From Rhodothermales bacterium (GTDB lineage Bacteria > Bacteroidota > Rhodothermia > Rhodothermales > UBA10348), in contig JAURGV010000001.1 of assembly GCA_030833605.1 (NCBI GenBank), positions 1-32,698 on the forward strand: a DNA stretch of 32,698 bases. Reading direction: 5' to 3'. This document shows positions 11,925-20,653 of this stretch, in pieces (the stretch's first letter is position 1; every line of letters begins with the position of its first letter). The notes beneath the pieces were generated by a model, which did no database searches, was not told the DNA's origin, and saw only the letters and a program-made list of their open reading frames with translations. A program made the translations under genes and the position numbers.

Positions 11925-12704
11925 ATGAAAAGAGCTGTCCTCTTTCTGTTTTTATGTATTCTTTCCTCGCCGAGTTGGGGACAGGATTTGCTGGCATTCG
12001 CCCCTTGGGAAGCCCGTTTCGACACGTATTACTCCTCGGAACGACCTTTCTCCCAATTCGGAGTAACCGTTCAGCGTTCGGTACCCGTGGAAACTTTGCT
12101 ACCCCAGGTCACAGCCGACTCCTATATAAACGCCCTCAAAGGATACGTTGGAAGCCGTTTTTTGGATCAAAAGCACGATCGTGTTCGCTTTCAACTTATG
12201 GCCGCAGACATCCGACTGCAGCGCGCGTTTACTTCAGGAGGAGTAAAGCTGCTAGACTATAATCAGGCTGATGAACTGGAACGGTCCTTGACCTGGATTG
12301 AAGTGACGTTCGGCCCGGGTTTTCATTATGATGGTCAAAAAGCGACGTTTTGGGGTCGCATTACGGCATCTGGATCGGTAGCTAGTTTGAAACCCGGTAC
12401 GTTTCTGTTTAGCAACAATGCAGACGCATCCTCTGCTTCGAGTGGGCTAAATTATGCAATCAGCGGCCTTCTGGGGACAAAACTTGCCGATCGGATTGTA
12501 CTGTCTGCCAACGTTTTTAAAGAAGAAGCGCGTCACTCGTCATTTACGCATTCAGGTTGGTCTGCGAATGGCATAGTTCAGGTCGCATCCAAATGGAGAG
12601 TAGCCACAGGGTTCACCTCCCATGCGTTCGACTTAGGTGCCTCCAAAAACAACACTGAATCGTTCGAATTCAGCATCCAGTATAGTCCCAGCGGAGCCCG
12701 CTAA
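11925..12704 (+). CDS. hypothetical secreted protein, possibly a small outer-membrane beta-barrel
   Basis: This 259-aa ORF has a signal peptide (MKRAVLFLFLCILSSPSWGQ). The second half has an alternating polar/apolar pattern. I recognise no family. Confidence 0.5.
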   Translation: MKRAVLFLFLCILSSPSWGQDLLAFAPWEARFDTYYSSERPFSQFGVTVQRSVPVETLLPQVTADSYINALKGYVGSRFLDQKHDRVRFQLMAADIRLQRAFTSGGVKLLDYNQADELERSLTWIEVTFGPGFHYDGQKATFWGRITASGSVASLKPGTFLFSNNADASSASSGLNYAISGLLGTKLADRIVLSANVFKEEARHSSFTHSGWSANGIVQVASKWRVATGFTSHAFDLGASKNNTESFEFSIQYSPSGAR

Positions 12705-12711
12705 GTCGCAT

Positions 12712-13254
12712 CTAGATAGGTAGGCCAGTATTCCCGAAGTCGAGACGGTCTTCTACCATTTGCCGCATATCTTCGAATGCGGGTGATTTGTCGGAAAGGA
12801 ATCGCCAAGCATCTGGCACCAATCGGTAAACCGGCATATAGAAGTCCGATGAATCGCGCGATGATTGAGCGGGAAGTTGCGCCATTCCAATCATCATAAA
12901 GGCGAGACTGAGTAAGATGGCCGCTTTAAATCCACCGGTGATTCCGCCTGCGATCCGATCCAATCCGCTTAGTTTTGCAGCTTCCAACAAAGAAGATGCA
13001 GCTTTTTCGACGGTCAAAAAGGCCAGTTTTACGAGCATAAAAATGCCGATAAAAGCGACCATAGAGCTCAATCCGCTCGTAAATCCAAGTTTTAACTCGA
13101 GCAAGCGACCTGTGGATTCCATAAAGGAAGCCGCCAGTACAAACGCCAGAATCGTCCCCACCAAGCTACACGCTTGTTTCAGGAAGCCAGATTTCAAACC
13201 TCGTAAAAGGCCGATTCCAACTATAATCAATATGAAGATGTCTAATGTTGCCAT
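12712..13254 (-). CDS. cvpA: CvpA-family membrane protein
   Basis: This 180-aa ORF has the N-terminus LDIFILIIVGIGLLRGLKSGFLKQACSLVGTILAFVLAASF and four TM helices, as is typical of CvpA. Confidence 0.75.
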   Translation of the reverse strand: MATLDIFILIIVGIGLLRGLKSGFLKQACSLVGTILAFVLAASFMESTGRLLELKLGFTSGLSSMVAFIGIFMLVKLAFLTVEKAASSLLEAAKLSGLDRIAGGITGGFKAAILLSLAFMMIGMAQLPAQSSRDSSDFYMPVYRLVPDAWRFLSDKSPAFEDMRQMVEDRLDFGNTGLPI

Positions 13255-13275
13255 AATTGTGTTATCGGCGCACTT

Positions 13276-13734
13276 TTACATTTCTGAAAGCGCAGCCTTA
13301 ACAATTTCCTGAACAATTTTTCCGTCCGCCTTTCCTTTGAGCTGTGCCATGGCGGGTCCCATCACTTTGCCCATTTCCCGCATGGAAGTCGCACCTGACG
13401 AAGCTACTAGCGCATCTACGACTTTACGGATGGCCTCTGGTGAAAGTTGCTCAGGGAGATAGGTTTCAATAATAGCAAGCTCCGCTACCTCGACCGCTTT
13501 CAAATCCTCACGACCGGCAGCTTCGTATTGATCAATAGAATCACGGCGCTGTTTGGCCTGCTTCTGGACCACTGCTAGGGCTTCTTCTTCCGGAATATCA
13601 CCGGTTCCACCCGAACGGAGTTCGATTTCACGCGCCATAACCGCTGCTCTTAGAAACCGGACAGTACGTAGACGAACCTCGTCTCTTGCCTTCATGGCTT
13701 CTTTTAGATCGATCTGTAGCTGCTCTTTTAACAT
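13276..13734 (-). CDS. GatB/YqeY domain-containing protein
   Basis: This 152-aa ORF starts MLKEQLQIDLKEAMKARDEVRLRTVRFLRAAVMAREIE and ends ...KADGKIVQEIVKAALS, which is the characteristic YqeY pattern. Confidence 0.85.
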   Translation of the reverse strand: MLKEQLQIDLKEAMKARDEVRLRTVRFLRAAVMAREIELRSGGTGDIPEEEALAVVQKQAKQRRDSIDQYEAAGREDLKAVEVAELAIIETYLPEQLSPEAIRKVVDALVASSGATSMREMGKVMGPAMAQLKGKADGKIVQEIVKAALSEM

Positions 13735-13835
13735 AGGTGGGAGGCATTATAGGATGAAGTTATGCGTTTCGAACGTTGCTTCAACGACCAAGATCAGTGC
13801 CAGTTCGCCCGAAAAATCAAGAAAAACGGGTCCGC

Positions 13836-14390
13836 CTAGAAAATCAATCGAAATGCGATCACGCCCACCCCAATTTGCATCACGCCCAAAGCTAAACCCG
13901 ACTGAACATCGAGTGTTTTAACTTTTTGCTTTAGCCGTTTGTCGCCTGTTTTCAAGTAATCGTTGAATCGATTGTCGGCTTTCGTTCTGAAATGGATAGC
14001 AGCCATTCCCGATAAAACAGACACGCCGGTGGCTATCGTTATCCATTTTTTGTTGCTTCGAACGGCGTCGATGCCAAACTTGGGCTTTAATGTGGTGTCT
14101 ACAACTTGGTTTACCACAAAATTTGCCACTATGCGTTGAACAGGGTCGTCGTTTAATTCAACATCAACGTGTCGGTTAGTCCAAATATCCTTGTCGGGAT
14201 GCTTTACGGAAATGACCTTGGTAGACGACTGCACCGTAAACGGAGACTGCGAAACCGTTCCAATCATTACTGAATCGGCAAAGACCTGAGCTTCAGAAAA
14301 ATTCGATTCTACGTGGATAACTCGTTGGGCTGCAACTGGTGAGGCGCCCAGCAATAACCAAGCAAATAGGATGAGGCATCTAGTTATCAT
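13836..14390 (-). CDS. hypothetical envelope protein: signal peptide, PEGA-like beta domain, C-terminal TM hairpin
   Basis: This 184-aa ORF has a signal peptide (MITRCLILFAWLLLGASPVAAQ). The segment IHVESNFSEAQVFADSVMIGTVSQSPFTV looks PEGA-like. Two hydrophobic helices lie near the C-terminus (WITIATGVSVLSGMAAIHF and GLALGVMQIGVGVIAFRLIF). Its start overlaps the upstream stop by 11 nt. Confidence 0.55.
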   Translation of the reverse strand: MITRCLILFAWLLLGASPVAAQRVIHVESNFSEAQVFADSVMIGTVSQSPFTVQSSTKVISVKHPDKDIWTNRHVDVELNDDPVQRIVANFVVNQVVDTTLKPKFGIDAVRSNKKWITIATGVSVLSGMAAIHFRTKADNRFNDYLKTGDKRLKQKVKTLDVQSGLALGVMQIGVGVIAFRLIF

Positions 14391-15552
14391 TCGATTCCTC
14401 CTTAAAGTACGTCACGTATCGAGGCTCACTTAATACAATTAAACCGCCATCGGCTACAGCCATCGCGGATTTGATTCGTCCCCTAAGCGCTGTTTCCCAC
14501 TTTACTTCTCCCGTAAGTCGATCCAATGCGTACAGGTGCCGCCCCATGGATCCAACAAACACCAAACGATTCGTGATTAGCGGCGCAGCAACAATCGCAT
14601 CGGGAAAAGCAGATTCCCAAACTGTGCTTCCATCCGTGCTATTGAAGGCTCTGACGATACCGTCGGTCGCAGCTACAACGACTAACTCATCGTCGACAGC
14701 ACTGCTGCCCATTCTAACATTCGCGCTGCTTAACTCATTGCGCCACAACACCTTTCCTGTTGAAGCATCCAGTACATCTAGCGCTCCCCTGGTGGTAGGA
14801 ACGATTATACGATCACCGAAAGTTGAGCCACCTTCGTAACTGGGACCTGATAATTTTTGCGTCCACAGTTGACGTCCATCCGAAGCGTTAAACAAAAACG
14901 CGTTCCCAGCATCGTCGGCAACAAATACCGATAAGTCCCCAACCTGCAACAATGCACTCTGCACGGAAATTCCTTTCCCTAGCGATTGCGACCAGGACAT
15001 TTTGCCTGTTGAGGGGTCATATCCTGTTACGAATCCGTCCACATCGGCAGCTACCAACACGCCATCTACAAGAACCATCCCTGACTCTATAGGGACACCC
15101 TTGTTTCGCCAAACGAAGCTTCCCTTTTTCAAATCGAAGGAGGTCAACGTGCGTTTTCCCCACGCTGAGGCCACAATTAACTTCCCTTCGTGAATGATGG
15201 GGCTCCCTTCGATGCCCTCCCCAAAGCTTTTAATGCCACGTTTTGCACCCGTTTTCAGCTCAATAGCGTGCATCTCCCCTTTTTTATTGGCAACCAGTAC
15301 AACTCCTTTCAGAAGTAGAGGAGATCCCTGTCCAAATGCTGCGGCCGCATTGTATTCCCACTCCAAAGTTAGTGGCGCTTGGAGGTCCTCATCGTAGCTT
15401 CGGCTTCGGCTTAAGTCGCCGCTGTCAACAAGCCAATCCTGGGAAGACGAAATGCTAGGTTGTTGAAACTGAATCGTTTGACAACCAGCCCCTAACAAAA
15501 AGGCGAAAGGCAGCACCGCAGCGGAAAACCATATGTTTGGAATACGCTTCAT
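14380..15552 (-). CDS. PQQ-like (BamB-like) beta-propeller lipoprotein
   Basis: I start at MKRIPNIWFSAAVLPFAFLLGAGC, the 43rd codon of the track ORF, which gives a signal peptide plus lipobox. The start lies 1 nt after the upstream stop. The body has repeated ~40-aa blades of the form G.V.A.D..G.L.A.D..TG...W (for example DGFVTGYDPSTGKMSWS, GALDVLDASTGKVLWR, DGIVRAFNSTDGSTVWE, RHLYALDRLTGEVKWE). Confidence 0.8.
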   Translation of the reverse strand: MKRIPNIWFSAAVLPFAFLLGAGCQTIQFQQPSISSSQDWLVDSGDLSRSRSYDEDLQAPLTLEWEYNAAAAFGQGSPLLLKGVVLVANKKGEMHAIELKTGAKRGIKSFGEGIEGSPIIHEGKLIVASAWGKRTLTSFDLKKGSFVWRNKGVPIESGMVLVDGVLVAADVDGFVTGYDPSTGKMSWSQSLGKGISVQSALLQVGDLSVFVADDAGNAFLFNASDGRQLWTQKLSGPSYEGGSTFGDRIIVPTTRGALDVLDASTGKVLWRNELSSANVRMGSSAVDDELVVVAATDGIVRAFNSTDGSTVWESAFPDAIVAAPLITNRLVFVGSMGRHLYALDRLTGEVKWETALRGRIKSAMAVADGGLIVLSEPRYVTYFKEESNDN

Positions 15553-15553
15553 A

Positions 15554-18439
15554 TTAAAAATCCCACCCAAAAAAGAACTGTTTGAAGGTCTTGTCCTTTT
15601 CCGTAAACCCGTTTCGATAGCGATAACCCAGATCGTAGCGCAATACAAAGGCTCCAAAAAGGTTAACCCGGAGTCCAAATCCAGCGGAGCCCACGGTTTC
15701 CCCTGATCTGATTTCGGAAATCACCTGATCGTAGTCCTTATTCCAAGCATGAGCTGCGTCGAAAAACAACGTTCCACGCAAATGGGCTACACCAAACGGA
15801 GCCAAAATGGGTACTAAAACGGTCGGAGCATTAATAAGCGGGAATCTCAATTCATGGGATGTGAACCACATTTTTTGCCCCCTAACATCGAACCAGTGGA
15901 ATCCTCTCAAGTCCCAACTCCCACCTAAAACCGATAATCGTGCTTCCCTTCCCTCGTTAATGCGAACCATTCCCCATGAGGCAAAGGTCACGCTGTTAGA
16001 CAATCGAAAATACTTTCTCACGTCAACGATGACGTTGAAATAGCTTACATTCGAGTACAATACATCGGATGTGTATCCAAGCGATACCGAGCCGCGCCAT
16101 CCCGCCACGGGACCGTTCATCCAATACAATGCCTGATCCCGAACGAACGAAACGGAGTTGGACAACAACAGGGCTTCTCGTTCCACTCCTTTCAAATGAA
16201 TGTCTTTTCGCGTCCAGTTCATGGACGTCAGCATTTCAAAGCGACTGAATTTGGAAAGCGGATAACTGAGCAATCCATATGCACCGTAAACCGTCTCAAA
16301 GAACACAGGGAACGTTGTAGGCGCATCAGGATCGGTGACATCGTAGCGTCGTCCCGAATACCGGTATAAACCGTACCCAATATTTACGCGTCGTTTTAGC
16401 TTAAATCGAGAGAGTTGCAGGCTGAGGTCTCTAAGAAAATCCCCGCTTCCCGTCCCGGTATTAAATAGGGTTAAATACAGGTAGTCATCTCCCAACATGT
16501 CTGAAAACGCGAGGACGGCTCCCCCAGTCGTGCCCAAAACCGAGTTTTGGCTTACTAATCCTTGGGCCAAATCAAGATTGTATCTCCGCTTGTAAGGAGA
16601 CTTTTCATAGTCTACTCCATCTTTCAAACGGCTGTACGACCACGGCCGTCCAATTCCCGATAAATCAGCCATGGCCGTTGATTTTGGCGACGATAGCAGC
16701 GAATCAACCTTAGCCAGCTTTCTAACGGTGAAGTTTAGCCCTTCAAAACTCGTAAACACAATATGATTGGAATCTGCCCAATACGGATCACTCGCCGACG
16801 ATGACAACCGGGTCAACTGTGTTGTTTTCTTATCCGCTGCGGTCATGTCGACCGACCATATATCCTGCGCCGAATACCTCCCCGTTGAGTCTCGTTTGGT
16901 CGAGATGTAAGCAAGGGCTCTCCCATCTGGACGCCATGTCGGAGACAGATCCGTTTGTTCTCCAAAGGTTACATAACGAATGGAGGCGTCTGAAAACTGA
17001 TACGTAAAGATATTGTAGTTGCCCTCGTAACCGGTCGAGGTTCTGTCGGAAGAAAAGGCAATTTGTTGTCCATCTGGGCTCCATGAGGGGTCGCGATCAT
17101 CGTAAGAATCCTGCGTAAGGGCTGTCAATTGAGCGTTTTCGCGATTGAACACATAAATATCACTAAAGCCCTCACTCGTGATACCCGAAAACACCATTTT
17201 CCTTTCGTCCGGGCTCCAGGTGGGTGAGTACACAGCGATGAGATCGTCAAATCGATAGGTATTTACAATTTTATCGGCTTTGAGATCAAACACATGGATA
17301 ACATCCTGACCGCCCGACTTGGTCACAAAGGCCAATAAACCACCCGATGAAACGGAAATACGGCTCTCAAATAAATGAAAAGCTTCCAACTCACCGTTTT
17401 GCTCTCCTTGAATGAGCACTTTGGGTTTTGATATAGGCTCGAACGCATCGTTCACTTCGACCTCAAACACGCTGCTCAAACCACTCGTATTGCCCACGAA
17501 ATAAACTTTTTGCGAGCCGTCCTCAAATCGGTGATAGCTGGGCTTGGCATTAAATCCTTCTGTTGCGAGCCCGCCTGCGGCAAGGGACGTGATTTCTACA
17601 TCTTTCAGCTGCGGGTAGTACTGTTCTTGCAGCCATTTCAACCATTTCTGAGAAATGGTTTCAAAATCGTCCTTCAGCGTGATTTCCAAAACCACCCGAA
17701 AATCTCGATCCTTCCAAATGTTTTCGATAATCTCTAGAATCTTTTCCTCACCATACTTTTCCGAGAAGAATCGATTTATGGCCTCTCCTTGCTTGTACAT
17801 CACATAGGAGCCCTGAATGCGGTACATGGATTCGAGAGGCACCAAATAGTTCGTGAACAAGGCATCTCGAATCACCATTTCATGCTGGTCGTCGGGTTCT
17901 CCCGACCAGTATTCAGCAAGACCTTCTGTAAACCAAAGTGGGAAAAACCGGTCGGATGGTCGCCTATGATCCCGTAGCACTCGGGTCAACTTGTTGTACG
18001 TATACACGTGGACCATTTCATGCCGAATAACTCTACGGAATCGATGTAGGTTACCATTCGCCGGTATGACCACCCGTCCTTTTAGAAATTCAAAAAATCC
18101 ACCGACTCCATCTGGGATAAATCCAGAGGTCACATTGGTTTGCTTGAAATGGAGGTTTGACGAGTAAAAAATGAGCGGAACGCGGTGGTTCAGCGAGAAA
18201 TTAAACTTGTGTTCAAGCTCTGCATACGCTTCTTCCGCAAAAAAAGCACCATGCTCAGCGAGTTCGAGCATTTCGGGATAATAGTAGATATCGAAATGCT
18301 CGGTTTTCATGACCTGCCAGTCAAAATCCTCGTACTGGATTTTATTTCGGCCGAAATGGTAGTTGAATTGAGCCTCAGTGACCTGGACACAAAAAAACGA
18401 CAGCACCAAAAAAATGAAAATCGGCGATATTCTTGCCAT
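15554..18439 (-). CDS. secreted fusion protein: HExxH peptidase-MA-like domain + PD40/TolB-like beta-propeller + C-terminal Omp85-type beta-barrel
   Basis: This 961-aa ORF has a signal peptide (MARISPIFIFLVLSFFCVQVTEAQ) and HEMVH followed by TEGLAEYW. It carries PD40 signatures SPTWSPDERKMVF, DPSWSPDGQQIAFSS and SPTWRPDGRALAY. The C-terminal ~330 aa are beta-strand-like, with GGSWDLRGF (like the Omp85 loop-6 RGF motif) and the terminal sequence FFFGWDF. I could see no POTRA-like repeats. Confidence 0.75.
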   Translation of the reverse strand: MARISPIFIFLVLSFFCVQVTEAQFNYHFGRNKIQYEDFDWQVMKTEHFDIYYYPEMLELAEHGAFFAEEAYAELEHKFNFSLNHRVPLIFYSSNLHFKQTNVTSGFIPDGVGGFFEFLKGRVVIPANGNLHRFRRVIRHEMVHVYTYNKLTRVLRDHRRPSDRFFPLWFTEGLAEYWSGEPDDQHEMVIRDALFTNYLVPLESMYRIQGSYVMYKQGEAINRFFSEKYGEEKILEIIENIWKDRDFRVVLEITLKDDFETISQKWLKWLQEQYYPQLKDVEITSLAAGGLATEGFNAKPSYHRFEDGSQKVYFVGNTSGLSSVFEVEVNDAFEPISKPKVLIQGEQNGELEAFHLFESRISVSSGGLLAFVTKSGGQDVIHVFDLKADKIVNTYRFDDLIAVYSPTWSPDERKMVFSGITSEGFSDIYVFNRENAQLTALTQDSYDDRDPSWSPDGQQIAFSSDRTSTGYEGNYNIFTYQFSDASIRYVTFGEQTDLSPTWRPDGRALAYISTKRDSTGRYSAQDIWSVDMTAADKKTTQLTRLSSSASDPYWADSNHIVFTSFEGLNFTVRKLAKVDSLLSSPKSTAMADLSGIGRPWSYSRLKDGVDYEKSPYKRRYNLDLAQGLVSQNSVLGTTGGAVLAFSDMLGDDYLYLTLFNTGTGSGDFLRDLSLQLSRFKLKRRVNIGYGLYRYSGRRYDVTDPDAPTTFPVFFETVYGAYGLLSYPLSKFSRFEMLTSMNWTRKDIHLKGVEREALLLSNSVSFVRDQALYWMNGPVAGWRGSVSLGYTSDVLYSNVSYFNVIVDVRKYFRLSNSVTFASWGMVRINEGREARLSVLGGSWDLRGFHWFDVRGQKMWFTSHELRFPLINAPTVLVPILAPFGVAHLRGTLFFDAAHAWNKDYDQVISEIRSGETVGSAGFGLRVNLFGAFVLRYDLGYRYRNGFTEKDKTFKQFFFGWDF

Positions 18440-18574
18440 AGAGCACTTGAATGGAAGTTTCTACGAGGCAAATTAGGATGAAGCCGGGTAACCTAAAGAA
18501 CCATCCCGCTTTACGGTCTCAACTGAGGGTTGGACGGTGGCAATAGGTTCGCGAACGGCAAAGCTTGGAGCGAG

Positions 18575-20350
18575 CTATTTCCCTTCTAAGAAGAACGAGA
18601 CGCCACAGGCATGTTCTTCGAGCCATTTATCGACATACGTCCTAAACTCGTCGGGGTCGGCCGCCTGGAGCGCTCTACGAGCCAATTCCTGCCCTTCTGC
18701 CAACTTCATGGCCCGGATAACTCGTTTTATGCCCGGAAGATAGATGGGTGAGGCCGAAAACGTGTCAATTCCAAGACCAAGTAACACCGGGACAGCACGC
18801 AGATTGGTGGCCAACTCTCCGCATAAACTCACGGGAATACCGGCCTTTTTGGCAGCCTTGGTGGTCAGTTGAATCAATTGCAATACGGCCGGATGCAGCT
18901 CATCATACAGGTCGGCGACTAAGTCATTTCCCCGATCGACGGCCAACGTGTATTGGGTGAGATCGTTCGTGCCAATTGAAAAGAAATCGGTCTCTTTGGC
19001 GAATTGGTCGGCGGCAAGCGCTACCGAAGGAACCTCTACCATCGTTCCAATAGGAATATTCTTATCAATCTCAACGCCTTCCTTTTCTAAATCCGCGATG
19101 GTTTCGGCTAGAATCTGCTTAAACAACCGTATTTCTCCGATGGAAGTCACCATGGGAAGCAGGATTCGGGTTGGGCCGTAGGCAGATGCCCTTAACATGG
19201 CGCGCAGTTGAGGAATCAACAGTTCTTTTTTATCCAACATGATGCGAATCCCGCGCCAACCCAAAAATGGGTTATGCTCGCGGGCGCCCATGGGAAGCAT
19301 TTTGTCGCCACCCAAATCCAAAATTCGAAACGTAGTACTATGGGGGCTTGTCGCCTTAACCACTTCCCGATACTGGCCGAACTGCTCTTCTTCCGTGACC
19401 AGAACCTTTCCCTGCATTAAAAGCGCCATTTCGGTCCGGTAAAGGCCAATTCCTTCCGCACCATACTCTTTCAACTGCGGCAATTCATCAATCAATTCGA
19501 GGTTCGCTTGCAGCTGAACCTTGTATCCATCCAATGTTTCGGCAGGAAGCGGGACGAGGGATCGATCCTCTTGAATCAGACGCTGGTATCGCTTGAGCTT
19601 CGTTTTGTAGTGGGAAAGAGTTTTGGCGTCAGGATTAACAATTACATCGCCCTTAATTCCATCCAGAATAACTAAATCGCCGGTTTTGATTTGATGGGTT
19701 AAACCGTGCGTACTTACCACAGCAGGAACGTGAAGCGCTCGCGCCATGATCGAAACATGCGAGGTTGGCCCACCAAAATCTGTAGCACAACCCAGGATAC
19801 CGCGGCGGCTAAACAGAATGATGTCCGCTGCCGTCAGATTTTCGGAGATCACGATGCTATTTTCATCGACTGCCGATAAAATCCGACCTCTTCTAAGGTG
19901 CCTAATGATGCGTTCTTGGATATCCAACAGGTCGTTGGCCCGTTCCCTCAAATACTCGTTATCCGACGCTTCCATAATGCGCCGATGTCTAGACATCACC
20001 GTTTTGACCGCAAAACCAGCATTTACGGCCTGTTTCTGGATAAAAGAGACCACTTCGGGATAAAGTGATTCGTCCCTAAGCATTAATAACTGGGCTTCAA
20101 AAATCGCTGCCCTGTTTTCACCAAGCTTTTCCCGGGTTATCGAGCTGATCTTGTTCAAGTCCCGCTCTGCTTTCTTTACGGCCTCCTCAAACCGCTCCAG
20201 TTCTTTCCCCAGAACATCCTCTTCCAACTTCCTCTCTTCGACTTCAAACGAAACTTTTGCGTACAGATAAGCGGGACCAATGGCGATGCCGGGAGATACC
20301 GGGATTCCTCGTGCATGGCCATCGACAAAATGTTCTGTTCGGGACCCCAT
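18575..20350 (-). CDS. ptsI: phosphoenolpyruvate-protein phosphotransferase (PTS Enzyme I)
   Basis: This 591-aa ORF has the phospho-His motif GGPTSHVSIMARAL and the PEP-utilising TIM-barrel region FFSIGTNDLTQYTLAVDR. The catalytic Cys context is SLCGELA. There is no N-terminal GAF domain, so it is PtsI-type rather than PtsP-type. Confidence 0.93.
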   Translation of the reverse strand: MGSRTEHFVDGHARGIPVSPGIAIGPAYLYAKVSFEVEERKLEEDVLGKELERFEEAVKKAERDLNKISSITREKLGENRAAIFEAQLLMLRDESLYPEVVSFIQKQAVNAGFAVKTVMSRHRRIMEASDNEYLRERANDLLDIQERIIRHLRRGRILSAVDENSIVISENLTAADIILFSRRGILGCATDFGGPTSHVSIMARALHVPAVVSTHGLTHQIKTGDLVILDGIKGDVIVNPDAKTLSHYKTKLKRYQRLIQEDRSLVPLPAETLDGYKVQLQANLELIDELPQLKEYGAEGIGLYRTEMALLMQGKVLVTEEEQFGQYREVVKATSPHSTTFRILDLGGDKMLPMGAREHNPFLGWRGIRIMLDKKELLIPQLRAMLRASAYGPTRILLPMVTSIGEIRLFKQILAETIADLEKEGVEIDKNIPIGTMVEVPSVALAADQFAKETDFFSIGTNDLTQYTLAVDRGNDLVADLYDELHPAVLQLIQLTTKAAKKAGIPVSLCGELATNLRAVPVLLGLGIDTFSASPIYLPGIKRVIRAMKLAEGQELARRALQAADPDEFRTYVDKWLEEHACGVSFFLEGK

Positions 20351-20352
20351 AA

Positions 20353-20622
20353 TTATTTTACTTCCCCAAATCCATCTTCAAATATTTCAGCCAAGGCGTC
20401 AGCTGCCTCGTTTTCGTCCGGTCCATCAAATTGCAAAATGAGGGTCGCTCCTTGTTCAGCAGCCAATGTCATGACTCCAATTATGCTTTTCCCATTGATC
20501 TCATACCCATCTTTGTGGATAAAGAACTCAGATTTAAACTGGGAAGCTCTCCGCACAATCATGGATGCGGGCCTTGTGTGGAGGCCTGCTCTATTCGTAA
20601 CTGTTACTTCTCTTTCTATCAT
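20353..20622 (-). CDS. ptsH: HPr-family phosphocarrier protein
   Basis: The start is set at MIEREVTVTNRAGLHTRPAS, the 21st codon of the track ORF. His15 lies in the context GLHTRPA and Ser46 in the context NGKSIIGVM. The stop is 2 nt before the ptsI ATG. Confidence 0.9.
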   Translation of the reverse strand: MIEREVTVTNRAGLHTRPASMIVRRASQFKSEFFIHKDGYEINGKSIIGVMTLAAEQGATLILQFDGPDENEAADALAEIFEDGFGEVK

Positions 20623-20653
20623 GATTGGTTTCAATTCTGGATTGGACTGCGGC

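Noticed and set aside
18547-18556. A perfect 10-bp palindrome GTTCGCGAAC in the 135-bp gap between ptsI and the Omp85-fusion gene.
   Set aside because: It is a single short palindrome with no partner site or hairpin-plus-U-tract context. Such palindromes are expected by chance at this length in 33 kb.
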